A DNA stretch of 64,000 bases from a virus (lineage: Duplodnaviria > Caudoviricetes). Under the pieces are notes generated by a model that saw nothing but the letters and a program-made list of their open reading frames with translations, did not search any database and had not been told where the DNA came from. The stretch spans positions 40,478-104,477 of IMG/VR virus record IMGVR_UViG_3300047561_000814; one strand, 5' to 3'. How positions within the stretch are numbered: the stretch's first letter is position 1; the number at the start of each line of letters is the position of its first letter. The position numbers and the translations under genes were made by a program. This document shows positions 1 to 10,791 of the stretch, in pieces.

Positions 1-751
1 TTCAAATAACATTGCACAAAAATATATTGATGCAAGACCATTTAATAGTTATAAACAACTTGAAGAGTTTACATTTACAAAAGGTAATGGCGTAAACAGT
101 AGAGCACTAAATGCGCTTAGGCTAACTGGTGCTGCAACATTTTCTGATAATCCACGTAACGATGAAGACATTAAAGAAAATCTTTATGAGTATTTAAATC
201 TTCCAGAGTTCAATATTTCTATTCCATCTCACTATTATGCATTTATTCAATCAATTGAGGATTTTGAAGAAAAAGGATCTTTTATTTTAATGGGTATGGT
301 TAAAGCAATTAAACGAGGAAAGGGATGGTCAAGGGTTGAAATTTTAGACAAAACTGGAAGCGTTGGTATATTTGATGAAGAATCAACAACTATTGAAACA
401 GGTCGCACCTACTTAATTCTTGCTAATGATAATAGAATTGTTTCTGCAGTTCCTATTGACGAAGTAAAAGGATCAACAAATGCACTTGTTAAGTTTTTAA
501 GTTATAAGCAACTACCCTATACAGAAGATGAAATGTTTGTTGTTTCATTTAAATCAAGAATAACAAAGGCTGGAAAGAAAATGGCTTCTTTAACCTTAGC
601 AGATACGTCAAGAGACTTACACTCAGTGACAGTATTCCCTACTGCATTTCCAAAAGCATACATGCACATTGAAGAAGGCAAGTCGTATAAATTTAGTTTT
701 GGTAAAACCAAAGATGGCACGGTAATTATGGAGGATGTAAATGTCAGTTAA
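1..751 (+). CDS. dnaE: DNA polymerase III alpha subunit, C-terminal part (gene starts before the window)
   Basis: Frame is open from base 2 (..KYIDARPFNSYKQLEEF..VNSRALNALRLTGA.., HhH-like) into the ORF 290..751, which ends in an OB-fold (TKAGKKMASLTLAD..VTVFP). Confidence 0.85.
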   Translation, partial: SNNIAQKYIDARPFNSYKQLEEFTFTKGNGVNSRALNALRLTGAATFSDNPRNDEDIKENLYEYLNLPEFNISIPSHYYAFIQSIEDFEEKGSFILMGMVKAIKRGKGWSRVEILDKTGSVGIFDEESTTIETGRTYLILANDNRIVSAVPIDEVKGSTNALVKFLSYKQLPYTEDEMFVVSFKSRITKAGKKMASLTLADTSRDLHSVTVFPTAFPKAYMHIEEGKSYKFSFGKTKDGTVIMEDVNVS

Positions 752-1754
752 CATACAAGATGTACTAGCACAGTTAGACCCAAGAATTAGAAAACGTCTT
801 GGGACAGGAGAGGGAATTACTTTTGAGTATCAACCAACTCCAAGTTTTGGTTTAAATCGTGCCCTTGGCGGTGGATTGCCATACGGAAGACAGGTTCTTA
901 TATGGGGTAGCAAGTCATCTGCTAAGTCTTCTATGTGTCTACAAATGATTGCTTTAGCACAAAAAGAAGGCAAGGTTTGTGCATGGATTGATTCTGAAAT
1001 GTCCTATTCGGAAGACTGGGCTAAACTGATGGGGGTAGATCCAACAAAACTAATTTACTCTCAAGCACGTACTATTAGCGATATGGTAGATGTTGGCGTT
1101 GGACTTATAAATGCTGGAGTTGATCTTATTGTTATTGACTCAATTACATCAATGCTTCCTGCAATATATTTTGAAAAAGATTCAGACGAAATGAAGGCGC
1201 TTGAAAATACAAAGCAGATTGGTGCAGAGTCTAGAGACTTTAGCAATGCCTGGAAAATGCTTAACTATGCTAACAATAAAGTAAAGCCCACGCTGCTTGT
1301 TCTTATTTCACAATCAAGAAATAATATTAATGCAATGTACACAAGCCAACAACCTTCTGGCGGTCAGGCAACTAAGTTCTACTCATCTTGCGTAATTAAA
1401 TTGTTTTCTTCTGAATCAGAAAATCAAGCAATTAAAGGAAAGATTAAAATTGGAGATAAATTAATTGAAGAAAAAATTGGTAGAAAGATTCGTTGGGAAC
1501 TACAATTCTCTAAAACCTCTCCAGGGTTCCAATCTGGTGAGTATGATTTTTATTTTAGAGGTGACAATATTGGTATTGATGCAATAGGAGATTTAGTTGA
1601 TACTGCAGAATCAATGGGCTTGGTTAATAGAACTGGCGCATGGTATCAGTTAGATGACGGCACAAAGGTACAAGGCCGTGATGGTTTTATTGCTCGTGTT
1701 AAAGAAGATCTAGATTTACAGGAACAACTTAAGAAAAAAATAATTGATGCCTGA
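741..1754 (+). CDS. recA: RecA/UvsX-like recombinase
   Basis: LNRALGGGLPYGR, P-loop GSKSSAKS, LIVIDSI, SGGQATKFYSS, GAWY. Confidence 0.92.
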   Translation: MSVNIQDVLAQLDPRIRKRLGTGEGITFEYQPTPSFGLNRALGGGLPYGRQVLIWGSKSSAKSSMCLQMIALAQKEGKVCAWIDSEMSYSEDWAKLMGVDPTKLIYSQARTISDMVDVGVGLINAGVDLIVIDSITSMLPAIYFEKDSDEMKALENTKQIGAESRDFSNAWKMLNYANNKVKPTLLVLISQSRNNINAMYTSQQPSGGQATKFYSSCVIKLFSSESENQAIKGKIKIGDKLIEEKIGRKIRWELQFSKTSPGFQSGEYDFYFRGDNIGIDAIGDLVDTAESMGLVNRTGAWYQLDDGTKVQGRDGFIARVKEDLDLQEQLKKKIIDA

Positions 1755-1944
1755 GCAAATTTTTACTGTATATCCTGGAAAATGGCCATGCAAGACTTGT
1801 CAAGAAGTTGTAATATCTTTAAGGTATTGGCCAGAAACTGGAAATGCCACCTGGATGTGTACACAAAAACATATTTCAAAAGTTAATCTATTACCTCCAA
1901 CAAAGAAGGACTATGAGCAAAAACAAAGAAAAGAGATTATATAA
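1744..1944 (+). CDS. small Cys/His (zinc-ribbon-like) protein
   Basis: CxxC...CxxxH; overlaps the recA stop. Confidence 0.6.
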   Translation: MMPEQIFTVYPGKWPCKTCQEVVISLRYWPETGNATWMCTQKHISKVNLLPPTKKDYEQKQRKEII

Positions 1945-2535
1945 ATGAGTAATAATAAAAAAAATGAAACTGAAACAGGATTTTATAATTTTATAGATAA
2001 AACTATTTTTGGACAAAGTTTAATTCATTTAATTAATTTAAATTTGCCCAAAGACTCTGTTATTGTAGAGGTAGGAACTGGCTATGGCACAACAGCATGT
2101 ATGATTGCACAGCATTGTCCAAATATTAAAAAAATATATACAATAGATCCATATACGCCATACAACACATCTTGGGTTGGAGGCGATATTTTTTTTGGTA
2201 AAAAAGAAATTGATAATGCAAAAGTTATTGCAAAACATAATATTGAGTTTAGTGGATTTAAAGAAAAAATAGAATCATTAAATATAACATCTGACTCTTC
2301 TTTATCAATTTTTGATAATGAATCTATAGATTTACTTTTTTATGATGCAACGCAAACTGTTGAAATTATATATAAAGATCTTTTTAATTGGTATAAAAAA
2401 ATAAAAAGAAAAGGAATTGTTTCTGGACATTGTTGGAGCGTTTTAAAAGATGGAATATTGAAATTTAAAAATAATATAGACAGTGATAGCATTTTAAGTG
2501 TTTATGATGATGTTTGGGTGTGGCAAAAAAAATGA
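1945..2535 (+). CDS. class I SAM-dependent methyltransferase (Methyltransf_24-like)
   Basis: IVEVGTGYG motif I, TIDPY, DLLFYDA, GIVSGH; AT-rich insert. Confidence 0.8.
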   Translation: MSNNKKNETETGFYNFIDKTIFGQSLIHLINLNLPKDSVIVEVGTGYGTTACMIAQHCPNIKKIYTIDPYTPYNTSWVGGDIFFGKKEIDNAKVIAKHNIEFSGFKEKIESLNITSDSSLSIFDNESIDLLFYDATQTVEIIYKDLFNWYKKIKRKGIVSGHCWSVLKDGILKFKNNIDSDSILSVYDDVWVWQKK

Positions 2536-2831
2536 CAGAAAAAAATGAATCAAAAAAAATAGGTGCAAAACAGCATAAAAATTCTGGTAGAAATACACAG
2601 AAAGGCGATGCCACTTGGAGAGGATTTGTTGTTGACTTTAAAGAAGCCAGCAAATCTTTTACATTAAATAAAGATGTATGGGCAAAGGTCGTTACTGACT
2701 CAATCCAGGCAGGTAGAGATAAATCTCCAGCCATTATTGTAATTCTTGGAGAAGGCAATACAAAGGTAAGACTTGCTATAATTGAAATGAACATGCTAGA
2801 GCAATTAACAGAGGAGGAATATAATGTCTGA
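2532..2831 (+). CDS. Holliday junction resolvase-like PD-(D/E)XK nuclease
   Basis: NSGR..QKGDA..VVDFKE pattern; replication context; start moved to the ATG overlapping the upstream stop. Confidence 0.6.
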   Translation: MTEKNESKKIGAKQHKNSGRNTQKGDATWRGFVVDFKEASKSFTLNKDVWAKVVTDSIQAGRDKSPAIIVILGEGNTKVRLAIIEMNMLEQLTEEEYNV

Positions 2832-3138
2832 AACAGGAACACAGAAAACAACACTTGACATGGTAAATGGTTTAACAGAAATTGCAGACTATATGCAAGA
2901 TGAGGAGTTAACCGTTGCCTTAACTATGATTGCAAAGATTATCATAAAACCAGATATTCCCCTACAGGCTGCTAGTCTTGAAATTGTAAGGCTACAGGCC
3001 ATTGCAGCAAAGATGTCTTTTAAAGCCACTTGGATGGCTAATGTTGACAAATCTGACAGGGCAAAGAAAAATATATACTTTACAGCAGCACAAGCAATAA
3101 ACGATTTGGTCTCAGCGCTTAAATACATAATGCGCTAA
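2824..3138 (+). CDS. hypothetical helical protein
   Basis: GGAGG RBS, overlapping ORF. Confidence 0.6.
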   Translation: MSETGTQKTTLDMVNGLTEIADYMQDEELTVALTMIAKIIIKPDIPLQAASLEIVRLQAIAAKMSFKATWMANVDKSDRAKKNIYFTAAQAINDLVSALKYIMR

Positions 3139-3171
3139 CCTGCTATAATTAATATAAACAAAGGATAAAAC

Positions 3172-4035
3172 ATGGCTAAAAACTTACTAAAACAGATTAT
3201 GATTAAAGATATCAAAAAGAACAAAAGAAATAGTGAAGAAGATGAAAATCTTGTTGAGGGGTTAGACACTGCCATAAACGCTGGCTATCTTACTAAAACA
3301 AAACCAAAATTTACTAAGAAAAATAACTTCTCTGCATCCAATCTAACATATGGCTCAGGAGAATGTCCAAGGTATTGGTCTCTAGCCTTTGATGGTCAGA
3401 TCTTCTATGATAATTCAGACGCAATTGGTGTAGCAAATAGAACACAAGGAAGCCTTGGACATGGAAGAATTCAAGAAGCAATAGAAGCCTCTGGTTTACT
3501 TGCAGAAGATTTAGAGTTTGATCCAATACCAAGAAAGTATAACCAACAAACTCATCCAGCAATGGAGTTTAGAGTTAAAATTGATGATCCACCGTTTGAT
3601 GGGTATGGAGATGTCATGCTTGACTACAAAGGTGAAAGACTTGTTGGTGAAATTAAAACAGTAAGAAACGATGACTTTGAACATAAAAAATTAAGTAGAA
3701 AACCTAAAATGGGTCACTTAATGCAATTACTAATGTATATGAAGGTTTGGAAAATTGGTAAGGGTGTAATGATTTATGAAAATAAAAACAATCACGAATT
3801 ACTTACCTTACCCGTTATAGTAAATGATCAGTATCGTACTTGGGTAGATGAAACATTTGAATGGATGAGAGTAGTTTACAAAAGTTGGCAAGATAAACAA
3901 TTACCAGAAATTCCCTATCGTTCAAATTCAAGAGTTTGCAAGGTGTGTCCTATTCAAAAAGCATGTGCAGAAGCAGGGGACGGAACAATCAAAATTAAAC
4001 CTATGAAATTATTAAAGGACGAGAAAGATGAATAA
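3172..4035 (+). CDS. Cas4-like PD-(D/E)XK exonuclease
   Basis: ECPRYW, G..GH, GYGD..EIKT, QLLMY, C-terminal CxxCxxxxxC. Confidence 0.8.
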   Translation: MAKNLLKQIMIKDIKKNKRNSEEDENLVEGLDTAINAGYLTKTKPKFTKKNNFSASNLTYGSGECPRYWSLAFDGQIFYDNSDAIGVANRTQGSLGHGRIQEAIEASGLLAEDLEFDPIPRKYNQQTHPAMEFRVKIDDPPFDGYGDVMLDYKGERLVGEIKTVRNDDFEHKKLSRKPKMGHLMQLLMYMKVWKIGKGVMIYENKNNHELLTLPVIVNDQYRTWVDETFEWMRVVYKSWQDKQLPEIPYRSNSRVCKVCPIQKACAEAGDGTIKIKPMKLLKDEKDE

Positions 4036-4037
4036 AT

Positions 4038-4328
4038 GTGAAACTATGTGAAAGGTGCGAGACCCAGTTTAAACCAAAGGTAAGTTATCAAATTTATTGT
4101 GGAGATGTTTGTAGAGAAGAAGCCACCAAAATAAAGATAGCCGAAAGGTATCACATAACTCGTAGACAAAGAAGGATAGGTAAAAAAAGACTTTGTATTG
4201 GTGGCTGTAAAGAACAACTTTCAATATATAACGATTCTGGCTTTTGTCCTAATTGTAATATAAATAAAAAAGAAGTAGACAAAATGTTAAAACAACTAAA
4301 AGGATTCTTTGACTATGAACAAAAATAA
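4038..4328 (+). CDS. zinc-finger protein
   Basis: CERC..YCGDVC..CIGGC..CPNC. Confidence 0.65.
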   Translation: MKLCERCETQFKPKVSYQIYCGDVCREEATKIKIAERYHITRRQRRIGKKRLCIGGCKEQLSIYNDSGFCPNCNINKKEVDKMLKQLKGFFDYEQK

Positions 4329-4887
4329 CCAAAAAACAATTTGTGCTATTGATGCAAGCACCAACAGTCTTGCTTTTGCTATTTTTAATAATAAGACCCT
4401 AGGTAGTATTGGTAAAATTAATTTTAATGGAAAAACAAATTATGAAAAAGTAATAGATGCCTGTGCTAAGACAAGGGCATTCTTTGAACATTTTGGTGGA
4501 TTTGAAGCAATTATAATTGAACATACCGTATTTATGAACAGTCCTAAAACTGCTGCAGATCTAGCATTAGTTCAGGGGGCACTATTAGGTGCTGCTGGAC
4601 TAACTGGAACAAAAGTTATAGGAACCGTATCACCAATAACCTGGCAAAATTATTTAGGAAATAAAAGGTTAACCAAAGAAGAACAACTAGGAATTAGATT
4701 AATGAATCCTGGAAAATCAGTTTCTTGGTACAAAACATACGAACGGCAAATAAGAAAAGAAAGGACCATAAAACTAATTGAAATTAATTATGATAAAATT
4801 ATTAAAGACAATGACGTTGCTGATGCTTGTGGTATCGGCCATTGGGCTATTAATAACTGGAACAAAGCAATGAGAATTGAGGAATAA
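4309..4887 (+). CDS. RuvC-like resolvase
   Basis: AIDAST (first acidic residue), IIE, DNDVADACGI. Confidence 0.75.
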   Translation: MTMNKNNQKTICAIDASTNSLAFAIFNNKTLGSIGKINFNGKTNYEKVIDACAKTRAFFEHFGGFEAIIIEHTVFMNSPKTAADLALVQGALLGAAGLTGTKVIGTVSPITWQNYLGNKRLTKEEQLGIRLMNPGKSVSWYKTYERQIRKERTIKLIEINYDKIIKDNDVADACGIGHWAINNWNKAMRIEE

Positions 4888-5531
4888 TGCCAGAGTTAAA
4901 TGCAAACATACCACCAATTGAGTGCTATGTTCGTGGTAACTTCTTAAGAGATCAAGAAGATAGTCATGATAAATATTTTCCATGTGTAATTTTTGGAGTA
5001 TCTAGCGTTAAGGCCAGAAGTCCTTTGTTTCATTTTTTAATGGAAGATGGTGGTATTTGGTGGCGAATGCCAATCAATGCATTTTGCACTAAACCTAATG
5101 TACCTGAAGAGCCTATATACAACCTTGTGTTGTGGAATTCATTTTCTCCACACATATCTGTAACTAAATTTCAAAACTTAAGCAATATGAGAATGTCATA
5201 CTTAGATAGAGAAAAGAATCAGGTTCCTGGCAAGTACCTATTTACTTTAGATTGGCATAATCCAGATAGCAATGTATTAGACGATGGCTATTCTGAAAAT
5301 CCAGGGCAGCATAAGTGTGGTCATGTTATTCAAAGAGATGATGGCAATTTTGCTATTCAACCTAACAATAGGGTTAAGTTATACGAGCCATCATTTGTTA
5401 CTAAACCAGACCTTCTGCTTCATAGATTAGTTAATACAAATAAGTGGGATGTTGAAAGTTATGATAAATGGGTACTAGAAGACTCAAATTCCTATAATTA
5501 TGATATTAATATTGCTGAAATTGACAAATAA
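4887..5531 (+). CDS. conserved phage hypothetical protein
   Basis: 214-aa ORF with RBS; ends in a QPNNR-type motif. Confidence 0.6.
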   Translation: MPELNANIPPIECYVRGNFLRDQEDSHDKYFPCVIFGVSSVKARSPLFHFLMEDGGIWWRMPINAFCTKPNVPEEPIYNLVLWNSFSPHISVTKFQNLSNMRMSYLDREKNQVPGKYLFTLDWHNPDSNVLDDGYSENPGQHKCGHVIQRDDGNFAIQPNNRVKLYEPSFVTKPDLLLHRLVNTNKWDVESYDKWVLEDSNSYNYDINIAEIDK

Positions 5532-5535
5532 TCCA

Positions 5536-5691
5536 ATGGCTGCTAAACTATATACAAGCGAGACTTGGTTACGTAAAAGATTTCTTATGGACAAAAAATC
5601 TCCACAAGATATTGCTAAAGAGTGTGGGGCAAGCATAGAAACAATTTATGTGTACCTTGCAAAATTTGGATTAAGGAAATCAAAAAGATGA
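5536..5691 (+). CDS. small HTH DNA-binding protein
   Basis: SPQDIAKECGASIETIYVYLAKFGL. Confidence 0.65.
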   Translation: MAAKLYTSETWLRKRFLMDKKSPQDIAKECGASIETIYVYLAKFGLRKSKR

Positions 5692-6443
5692 GCAAAAAAG
5701 ATACAGTAAATGTATATTGGGCACCAGCATATTCTATGAACATGAAAGGGGCAAAAGAATGGAACATGATTTATCAAGATCCATTTAATTTATTTACAGA
5801 ATTAAACAAAGATAAAAACTTACTTATTGATAAATCGTCTTATTTTACTTGTCCAGTAACAAAAAATTTATTTAAAAACACATATTTTTTTAAAAATACA
5901 ATAAGTTGTAAGTATGAATATGATTTTACTGTAAATCCTCCTATTATTAATCCACTTACAGAAAATTTTATTAATTTAAATATAATCAGAGACCCAAACA
6001 TGAAGTCTTATCCATTAATAGCAATGTCTTTATATTATATATTGTTTTCCGAAGAACCACTTGTTGCAACATTCTCAAATCCAACATTTCATAAACCAGA
6101 GTATATCAATTATGGAACATGTATTCCTGGAGAATTTGATATTGGTCAGTGGTTTAGACCATATCCAATGGAAATTCAATTGTGGAATCAAAAAGGAATA
6201 TTTGAATTAAAAGAATATGAGCCATTATTTTATGTTAAATTTAACACCGATAAAAAAATTAACTTACAAAGATTTGTTTTTAATGAAAAATTATCACAAT
6301 ATTCTGATCATTGTATTAATTATAAAAATATTTTTGGATTTTTTCATCCATTAAGTAAAATGTATTCAAAATTTAAAGAGTCTAAGTTAAATACTTTAAT
6401 TTTAAAAGAAATTAAAAATAATTTAGTGGAAGAAATAAAATGA
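5688..6443 (+). CDS. hypothetical protein, distantly DUF6065-like
   Basis: CP motif and PGEFDIGQWFRP; similar layout to 37490..38245 and 52086..52793; ATGA overlap start. Confidence 0.5.
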   Translation: MSKKDTVNVYWAPAYSMNMKGAKEWNMIYQDPFNLFTELNKDKNLLIDKSSYFTCPVTKNLFKNTYFFKNTISCKYEYDFTVNPPIINPLTENFINLNIIRDPNMKSYPLIAMSLYYILFSEEPLVATFSNPTFHKPEYINYGTCIPGEFDIGQWFRPYPMEIQLWNQKGIFELKEYEPLFYVKFNTDKKINLQRFVFNEKLSQYSDHCINYKNIFGFFHPLSKMYSKFKESKLNTLILKEIKNNLVEEIK

Positions 6444-6775
6444 AACCAAGTGCAGTATTTAAAGATGTTAAAGATTTTAAATGTGAGGATCTTTATCTTC
6501 AATCAATTGGGGCGCCATCTGGCACTTTAATTTGGCAAACATGTCATTCTATAACACAAATGCTTATTGAAAAAAACATAGCATACGGTGACTCTGCCTT
6601 AGATCCTGTAAGAATTTTTAGCAAGTCCGATCCAGCAGAACAACTTAAAGTTAGAATTGACGACAAACTAAGTCGTCTTATGAAAGGCACAGACTATCCT
6701 GGAGATAATGACATTGATGATTTAATAGGATATTTAGTTTTATTAAAAATAGCAAAGGAAAAAAATGTCAACTGA
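6440..6775 (+). CDS. DUF1599/Nmad1-like nucleotide-modification-associated protein
   Basis: KNIAYGDS..RIDDKLSR..DLIGY. Confidence 0.7.
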   Translation: MKPSAVFKDVKDFKCEDLYLQSIGAPSGTLIWQTCHSITQMLIEKNIAYGDSALDPVRIFSKSDPAEQLKVRIDDKLSRLMKGTDYPGDNDIDDLIGYLVLLKIAKEKNVN

Positions 6776-7298
6776 ATCAGAATTAATTGAGCACCTTGAT
6801 GAAGTTAATAAGGTAGTTACAGAATATCTTAAAGGTCAAGATCCAACAAAAATTTCTAAAGAGTTAGATATTCCACGTACTCGTGTTGTTTCATTAATTA
6901 ATGAGTGGAAAGTTATGGCATCTGCAAATGATGCGATTCGTGCTCGTGCTAAAGAAGCCCTTGCTGGAGCAGATACTCATTACACAAAACTTATTACAAA
7001 GGCTTATGAGGTAATTGATGAATCAAGTATGACTAATAATCTTAGTGCAAAGACTCAAGCAATTAAGTTGGTGATGGATATTGAAAAATCTAGAATTGAA
7101 ATGTTACAAAAAGCAGGACTTTTAGAAAATAAAGAACTTGCAGAAGAAATGGTTGAAATTGAAAGACGACAAGAAGTTCTTGTTGAAATCTTAAGAGACA
7201 TTGCCTCAACCCATCCAGAGGTTCGTGATTTAATTATGAGACGCCTTTCTCAAATTGCTAAAGATGGAGAGGTAATTACAATTGTCCAAGATGTTTAA
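6765..7298 (+). CDS. HTH protein, candidate terminase small subunit
   Basis: N-terminal HTH plus coiled coil, directly upstream of TerL. Confidence 0.55.
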   Translation: MSTESELIEHLDEVNKVVTEYLKGQDPTKISKELDIPRTRVVSLINEWKVMASANDAIRARAKEALAGADTHYTKLITKAYEVIDESSMTNNLSAKTQAIKLVMDIEKSRIEMLQKAGLLENKELAEEMVEIERRQEVLVEILRDIASTHPEVRDLIMRRLSQIAKDGEVITIVQDV

Positions 7299-9066
7299 TG
7301 ATTTTTTAGAAGTTTTAAAAGAAAATCAATTTGACGAGATTCCAGTAGACGCAAAAACATTTGTTGAGTCTGCTGATTATCTTGGACAGCCACAATTATC
7401 TTTAATTCAATATGAAATTGTAGAAGCAATGAGTCAAATTTATCGTAAAGAAGAACTACAAGAAATTTTTGGATCTGTTGCTGGCTCTCAATATTTTGAT
7501 AAATACACTAAAAATGAAATTATTTTGCAACTTGGCAAGGGATCTGGAAAAGACTTTGTATCAACGGTAGCCTGTGCATACATAGTCTATAAACTATTGT
7601 GTCTTAAAGATCCTGCTAGATATTATGGAAAACCAAGCGGGGATGCAATTGATATCATAAACGTAGCCATTAACGCACAACAAGCAAAGAACGTATTCTT
7701 TAAAGGATTTAAAACTAAGATAGAAAAATCACCATGGTTTGCAGGAAAGTATAACGCAAAGGCTGATAGTGTTGAGTTTGATAAATCAATTACTGTCTAC
7801 TCTGGACACTCAGAAAGAGAATCACACGAAGGGTTAAATTTACTTCTTGCAGTACTTGACGAAATTTCTGGCTTTGCATCTGAAGTTGGAACTGGTAATG
7901 AACAAGGTAAGACTGCAGAAAATATTTATAAAGCATTTCGTGGTTCTGTAGATTCTCGTTTTCCAGATTTGGGTAAGTTAGTATTACTTTCATTTCCCCG
8001 CTATCAAGGTGACTTTATTTCTAAAAGATATGAAGATGTTATTGCAGAAAAAGAAACTATTGAAAAGAAACATTTATTTATTATGAATGAAGACCTTCCA
8101 CATGATGATCCAAATAATCAATTTGAAATTGCATGGGAAGAAGATACAATTCTTTCTTATAAAGTTCCAAAAGTTTTAGCACTTAAAAAAACAACTTGGG
8201 ATGTAAACCCTACTAGAAAAATAGATGATTTTAAGTTAGCATTCTATACAGACCTTGGCGACGCCATGATGCGGTTTGCATGTACGCCAACCTTTGCATC
8301 AGATGCATTTTTTAAGGATAAAGCAAAACTAGAAAAAGTAATGACATTAAGAAATCCAGTTGACAATTTTAGAAGGTTTGATGAATCATTTAAACCTGAT
8401 CCAGAAAAAATATATTACATTCACGCCGACCTTGCTCAGAAACACGACAAATGTGCTGTAGCAATTGCTCACGTAGACAAGTGGGTAAACATTCAAGTTA
8501 TTAAAGATTATGAACAAGTAGCGCCAATGGTTATTGTTGATGCAGTTGCTTGGTGGGAACCAAAAGCAGAAGGTCCAGTTAATTTATCAGAAGTAAAACA
8601 ATGGATTATTAATTTACGAAGACAAGGATTCAATATTGGTGTTGTTTCGTTTGACCGTTGGCAGTCATTTGACATTCAACAGGAATTAAAAGCGGTAGGC
8701 ATAAAGACTGACACTGTTTCTGTTGCTAAAAAACACTACGAAGATTTAGCAATGATGATATATGAAGAAAGAGTTGCAATACCAAGAATTCCTTTATTGC
8801 TGGAAGAGATGTCAGAACTCAAAATTATGAAAAATACTAGGGTTGATCATCCACGTAAAAAATCTAAGGACCTAGCAGATGCTGTATGTGGCGCTGTATT
8901 TGGAGCAATATCACATACACCTAAAGATTCTAACCATGAGATTGAGATTCATACTTGGTCTACTTCTGCACGACTTGCAGAAAAACAAAGGGATATGGTA
9001 GAATTAGACAACAAGGAAATGCCTAAAGATGTTAGAGATTTTCTTGATAGATTAAACATAATATAA
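7282..9066 (+). CDS. terL: terminase large subunit
   Basis: Walker A GKGSGKD, Walker B VLDE, nuclease HADLA..D and DHP..SKDLADA. Confidence 0.9.
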   Translation: MSKMFNDFLEVLKENQFDEIPVDAKTFVESADYLGQPQLSLIQYEIVEAMSQIYRKEELQEIFGSVAGSQYFDKYTKNEIILQLGKGSGKDFVSTVACAYIVYKLLCLKDPARYYGKPSGDAIDIINVAINAQQAKNVFFKGFKTKIEKSPWFAGKYNAKADSVEFDKSITVYSGHSERESHEGLNLLLAVLDEISGFASEVGTGNEQGKTAENIYKAFRGSVDSRFPDLGKLVLLSFPRYQGDFISKRYEDVIAEKETIEKKHLFIMNEDLPHDDPNNQFEIAWEEDTILSYKVPKVLALKKTTWDVNPTRKIDDFKLAFYTDLGDAMMRFACTPTFASDAFFKDKAKLEKVMTLRNPVDNFRRFDESFKPDPEKIYYIHADLAQKHDKCAVAIAHVDKWVNIQVIKDYEQVAPMVIVDAVAWWEPKAEGPVNLSEVKQWIINLRRQGFNIGVVSFDRWQSFDIQQELKAVGIKTDTVSVAKKHYEDLAMMIYEERVAIPRIPLLLEEMSELKIMKNTRVDHPRKKSKDLADAVCGAVFGAISHTPKDSNHEIEIHTWSTSARLAEKQRDMVELDNKEMPKDVRDFLDRLNII

Positions 9067-9082
9067 ACAAACAAGGAGAACA

Positions 9083-10744
9083 ATGAATTCATTTAAAAAA
9101 ATTGCCCTAGGACTCGCTGCAGCCATGTCCTTTGGCGTATTATCTGCACTTCCGACACATGCTACGGTGATTGCACCAACCTTGACAATTGACTCTCCTA
9201 CAGATTCAATTCTCGTAGGTGAGACTGCAACAGCAGTAGTTTCGTTGTCATATATTTCAGAAACATCAGCAGACACAGCAACTGTGTTATCTGCTATATT
9301 TACACAGCCTTCTACGGCTAATAAGTCTGCAACACTTACACTGCTTGAAACAAATACAGCAACAGTAGTAATTGCAGGAGATAGTTTGACTGCAAATGTT
9401 AACTCAACAGTTAATACAACAGGATATGTAACAGCAAAATTTACAGTTACTTTGGCAGCGCCAACAGTTGCTGGAACATATGAGGCAAGAATTATTACAA
9501 CTCGCCCATCAACTGGTCCATCAGTTATATGGACAATAACAGTTGGTGCTGGAGATACAGTTCCTTCTGCTTCAACAACAACTTCAATTCTTAACAGAGG
9601 CGAAGTAATTACTGCAACAGTAGATGATTCAGTATTTGCTCCAAAAGCAGCAGCAACAGATGCAGCAGCAGTCATTGTTATTGCACAAAAAAATGCAGCA
9701 AGCAGAACAACTTCAGAATCACTTCTTGCTACAGTAACTGGATCAGGATCAATTGGATATGGCACTAATGCTACAACAATGTCAGTTCTTGGTCGTTCAC
9801 TTGTAATCCCATCAGGCAACTACATTGGTGTATTTGCTGACGGTACTGCAGGAGTTGGAACAATTACAATTACAACCCTTACAGGTACAGTGCTTGCAAC
9901 AGAAAAAGTAACATTCTACGGAGATATTGCAACAATTGAAGCAACTGCAGTTAAGTCTGTTATTGCAGTTGGTGCAAATACAACTACAGTCAAGGCAGTT
10001 GCAAAGGATGCTTCTGGCGTAACAGTCGGAGCAGGAACTCTTTATGCATATTCATCAGATGTAACAACAGTATCTGATTCAGCAACAGCAACAACAATTG
10101 TTAACGGTGAAGCCGTATTTACAATTACTGGTGTTAAGACTGGTGGAGCAGCAATTACAGTTAAGTCTGGAACAATTGCATCAGCACCAGTTTCTACTCG
10201 TGTAGAAGCAGCAGCAGCAACTGTAAAGATTTCATTTGATAAGGCTACATACCTTCCAGGTGAGGCAGCAACAGTTAAGGTTCAAGTTCTTGATGCAGTA
10301 GGTCTGCCAGTTTCTGGTAAGACACACTCAGCACTATTCGCAACAGGTGGAATCACTTCTACTTATGCATTTGGTTCAGGATCTGACGTACTTACAGCAA
10401 CATCAGTTACAACTGATACTGATACAGCAAAGTCATACAAGGTATATATGCCTTTGACTGAAAACACTGTAAAACTTTCAGCAACTGGTGGTACATCCCT
10501 ACCTCTAGCAGGACAGATTGCAGTAACCGCATCAGCAACAGTTTCAAATTCTTCTTCTAGCACAAACGCTACTCTTGCAGCATTAGTTGCACAGATTACC
10601 GCCATGCAGGGAATTTTTGATGGCCTAAAGGCAGAAGTTGCAACTTCAAAAGCAGAAAGAGTTGCTTTTGTAAAGCAATACAATATTCTTGCTAAAAAGT
10701 GGAACGCAAAGAATCCTAAGTCTAAGGTTGCACTAATTAAGTAA
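9083..10744 (+). CDS. secreted Ig-like, Ala/Thr-rich surface (S-layer-like) protein
   Basis: Signal peptide MNSFKKIALGLAAAMSFGVLSALPTHA; beta-rich body; C-terminal coiled coil; RBS and its own terminator. Confidence 0.65.
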   Translation: MNSFKKIALGLAAAMSFGVLSALPTHATVIAPTLTIDSPTDSILVGETATAVVSLSYISETSADTATVLSAIFTQPSTANKSATLTLLETNTATVVIAGDSLTANVNSTVNTTGYVTAKFTVTLAAPTVAGTYEARIITTRPSTGPSVIWTITVGAGDTVPSASTTTSILNRGEVITATVDDSVFAPKAAATDAAAVIVIAQKNAASRTTSESLLATVTGSGSIGYGTNATTMSVLGRSLVIPSGNYIGVFADGTAGVGTITITTLTGTVLATEKVTFYGDIATIEATAVKSVIAVGANTTTVKAVAKDASGVTVGAGTLYAYSSDVTTVSDSATATTIVNGEAVFTITGVKTGGAAITVKSGTIASAPVSTRVEAAAATVKISFDKATYLPGEAATVKVQVLDAVGLPVSGKTHSALFATGGITSTYAFGSGSDVLTATSVTTDTDTAKSYKVYMPLTENTVKLSATGGTSLPLAGQIAVTASATVSNSSSSTNATLAALVAQITAMQGIFDGLKAEVATSKAERVAFVKQYNILAKKWNAKNPKSKVALIK

Positions 10745-10759
10745 TATTACTTATAAATT

Positions 10760-10791
10760 AAAGGGTTAGCCAAGCGCTAGCCCTTTTTTTT
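10760..10791 (+). terminator. intrinsic terminator
   Basis: aagggttagc-caagc-gctagccctt followed by a T-run. Confidence 0.8.

Noticed and set aside
3172-4035. Cas4-like gene as evidence of a CRISPR-Cas system
   Set aside because: Solo Cas4-like exonucleases are common in phage recombination modules; no cas1/cas2 or array seen.
7282-9066. Intein or intron in terL, recA or dnaE
   Set aside because: Lengths and motif spacing are normal; no splice or homing-endonuclease motifs seen.
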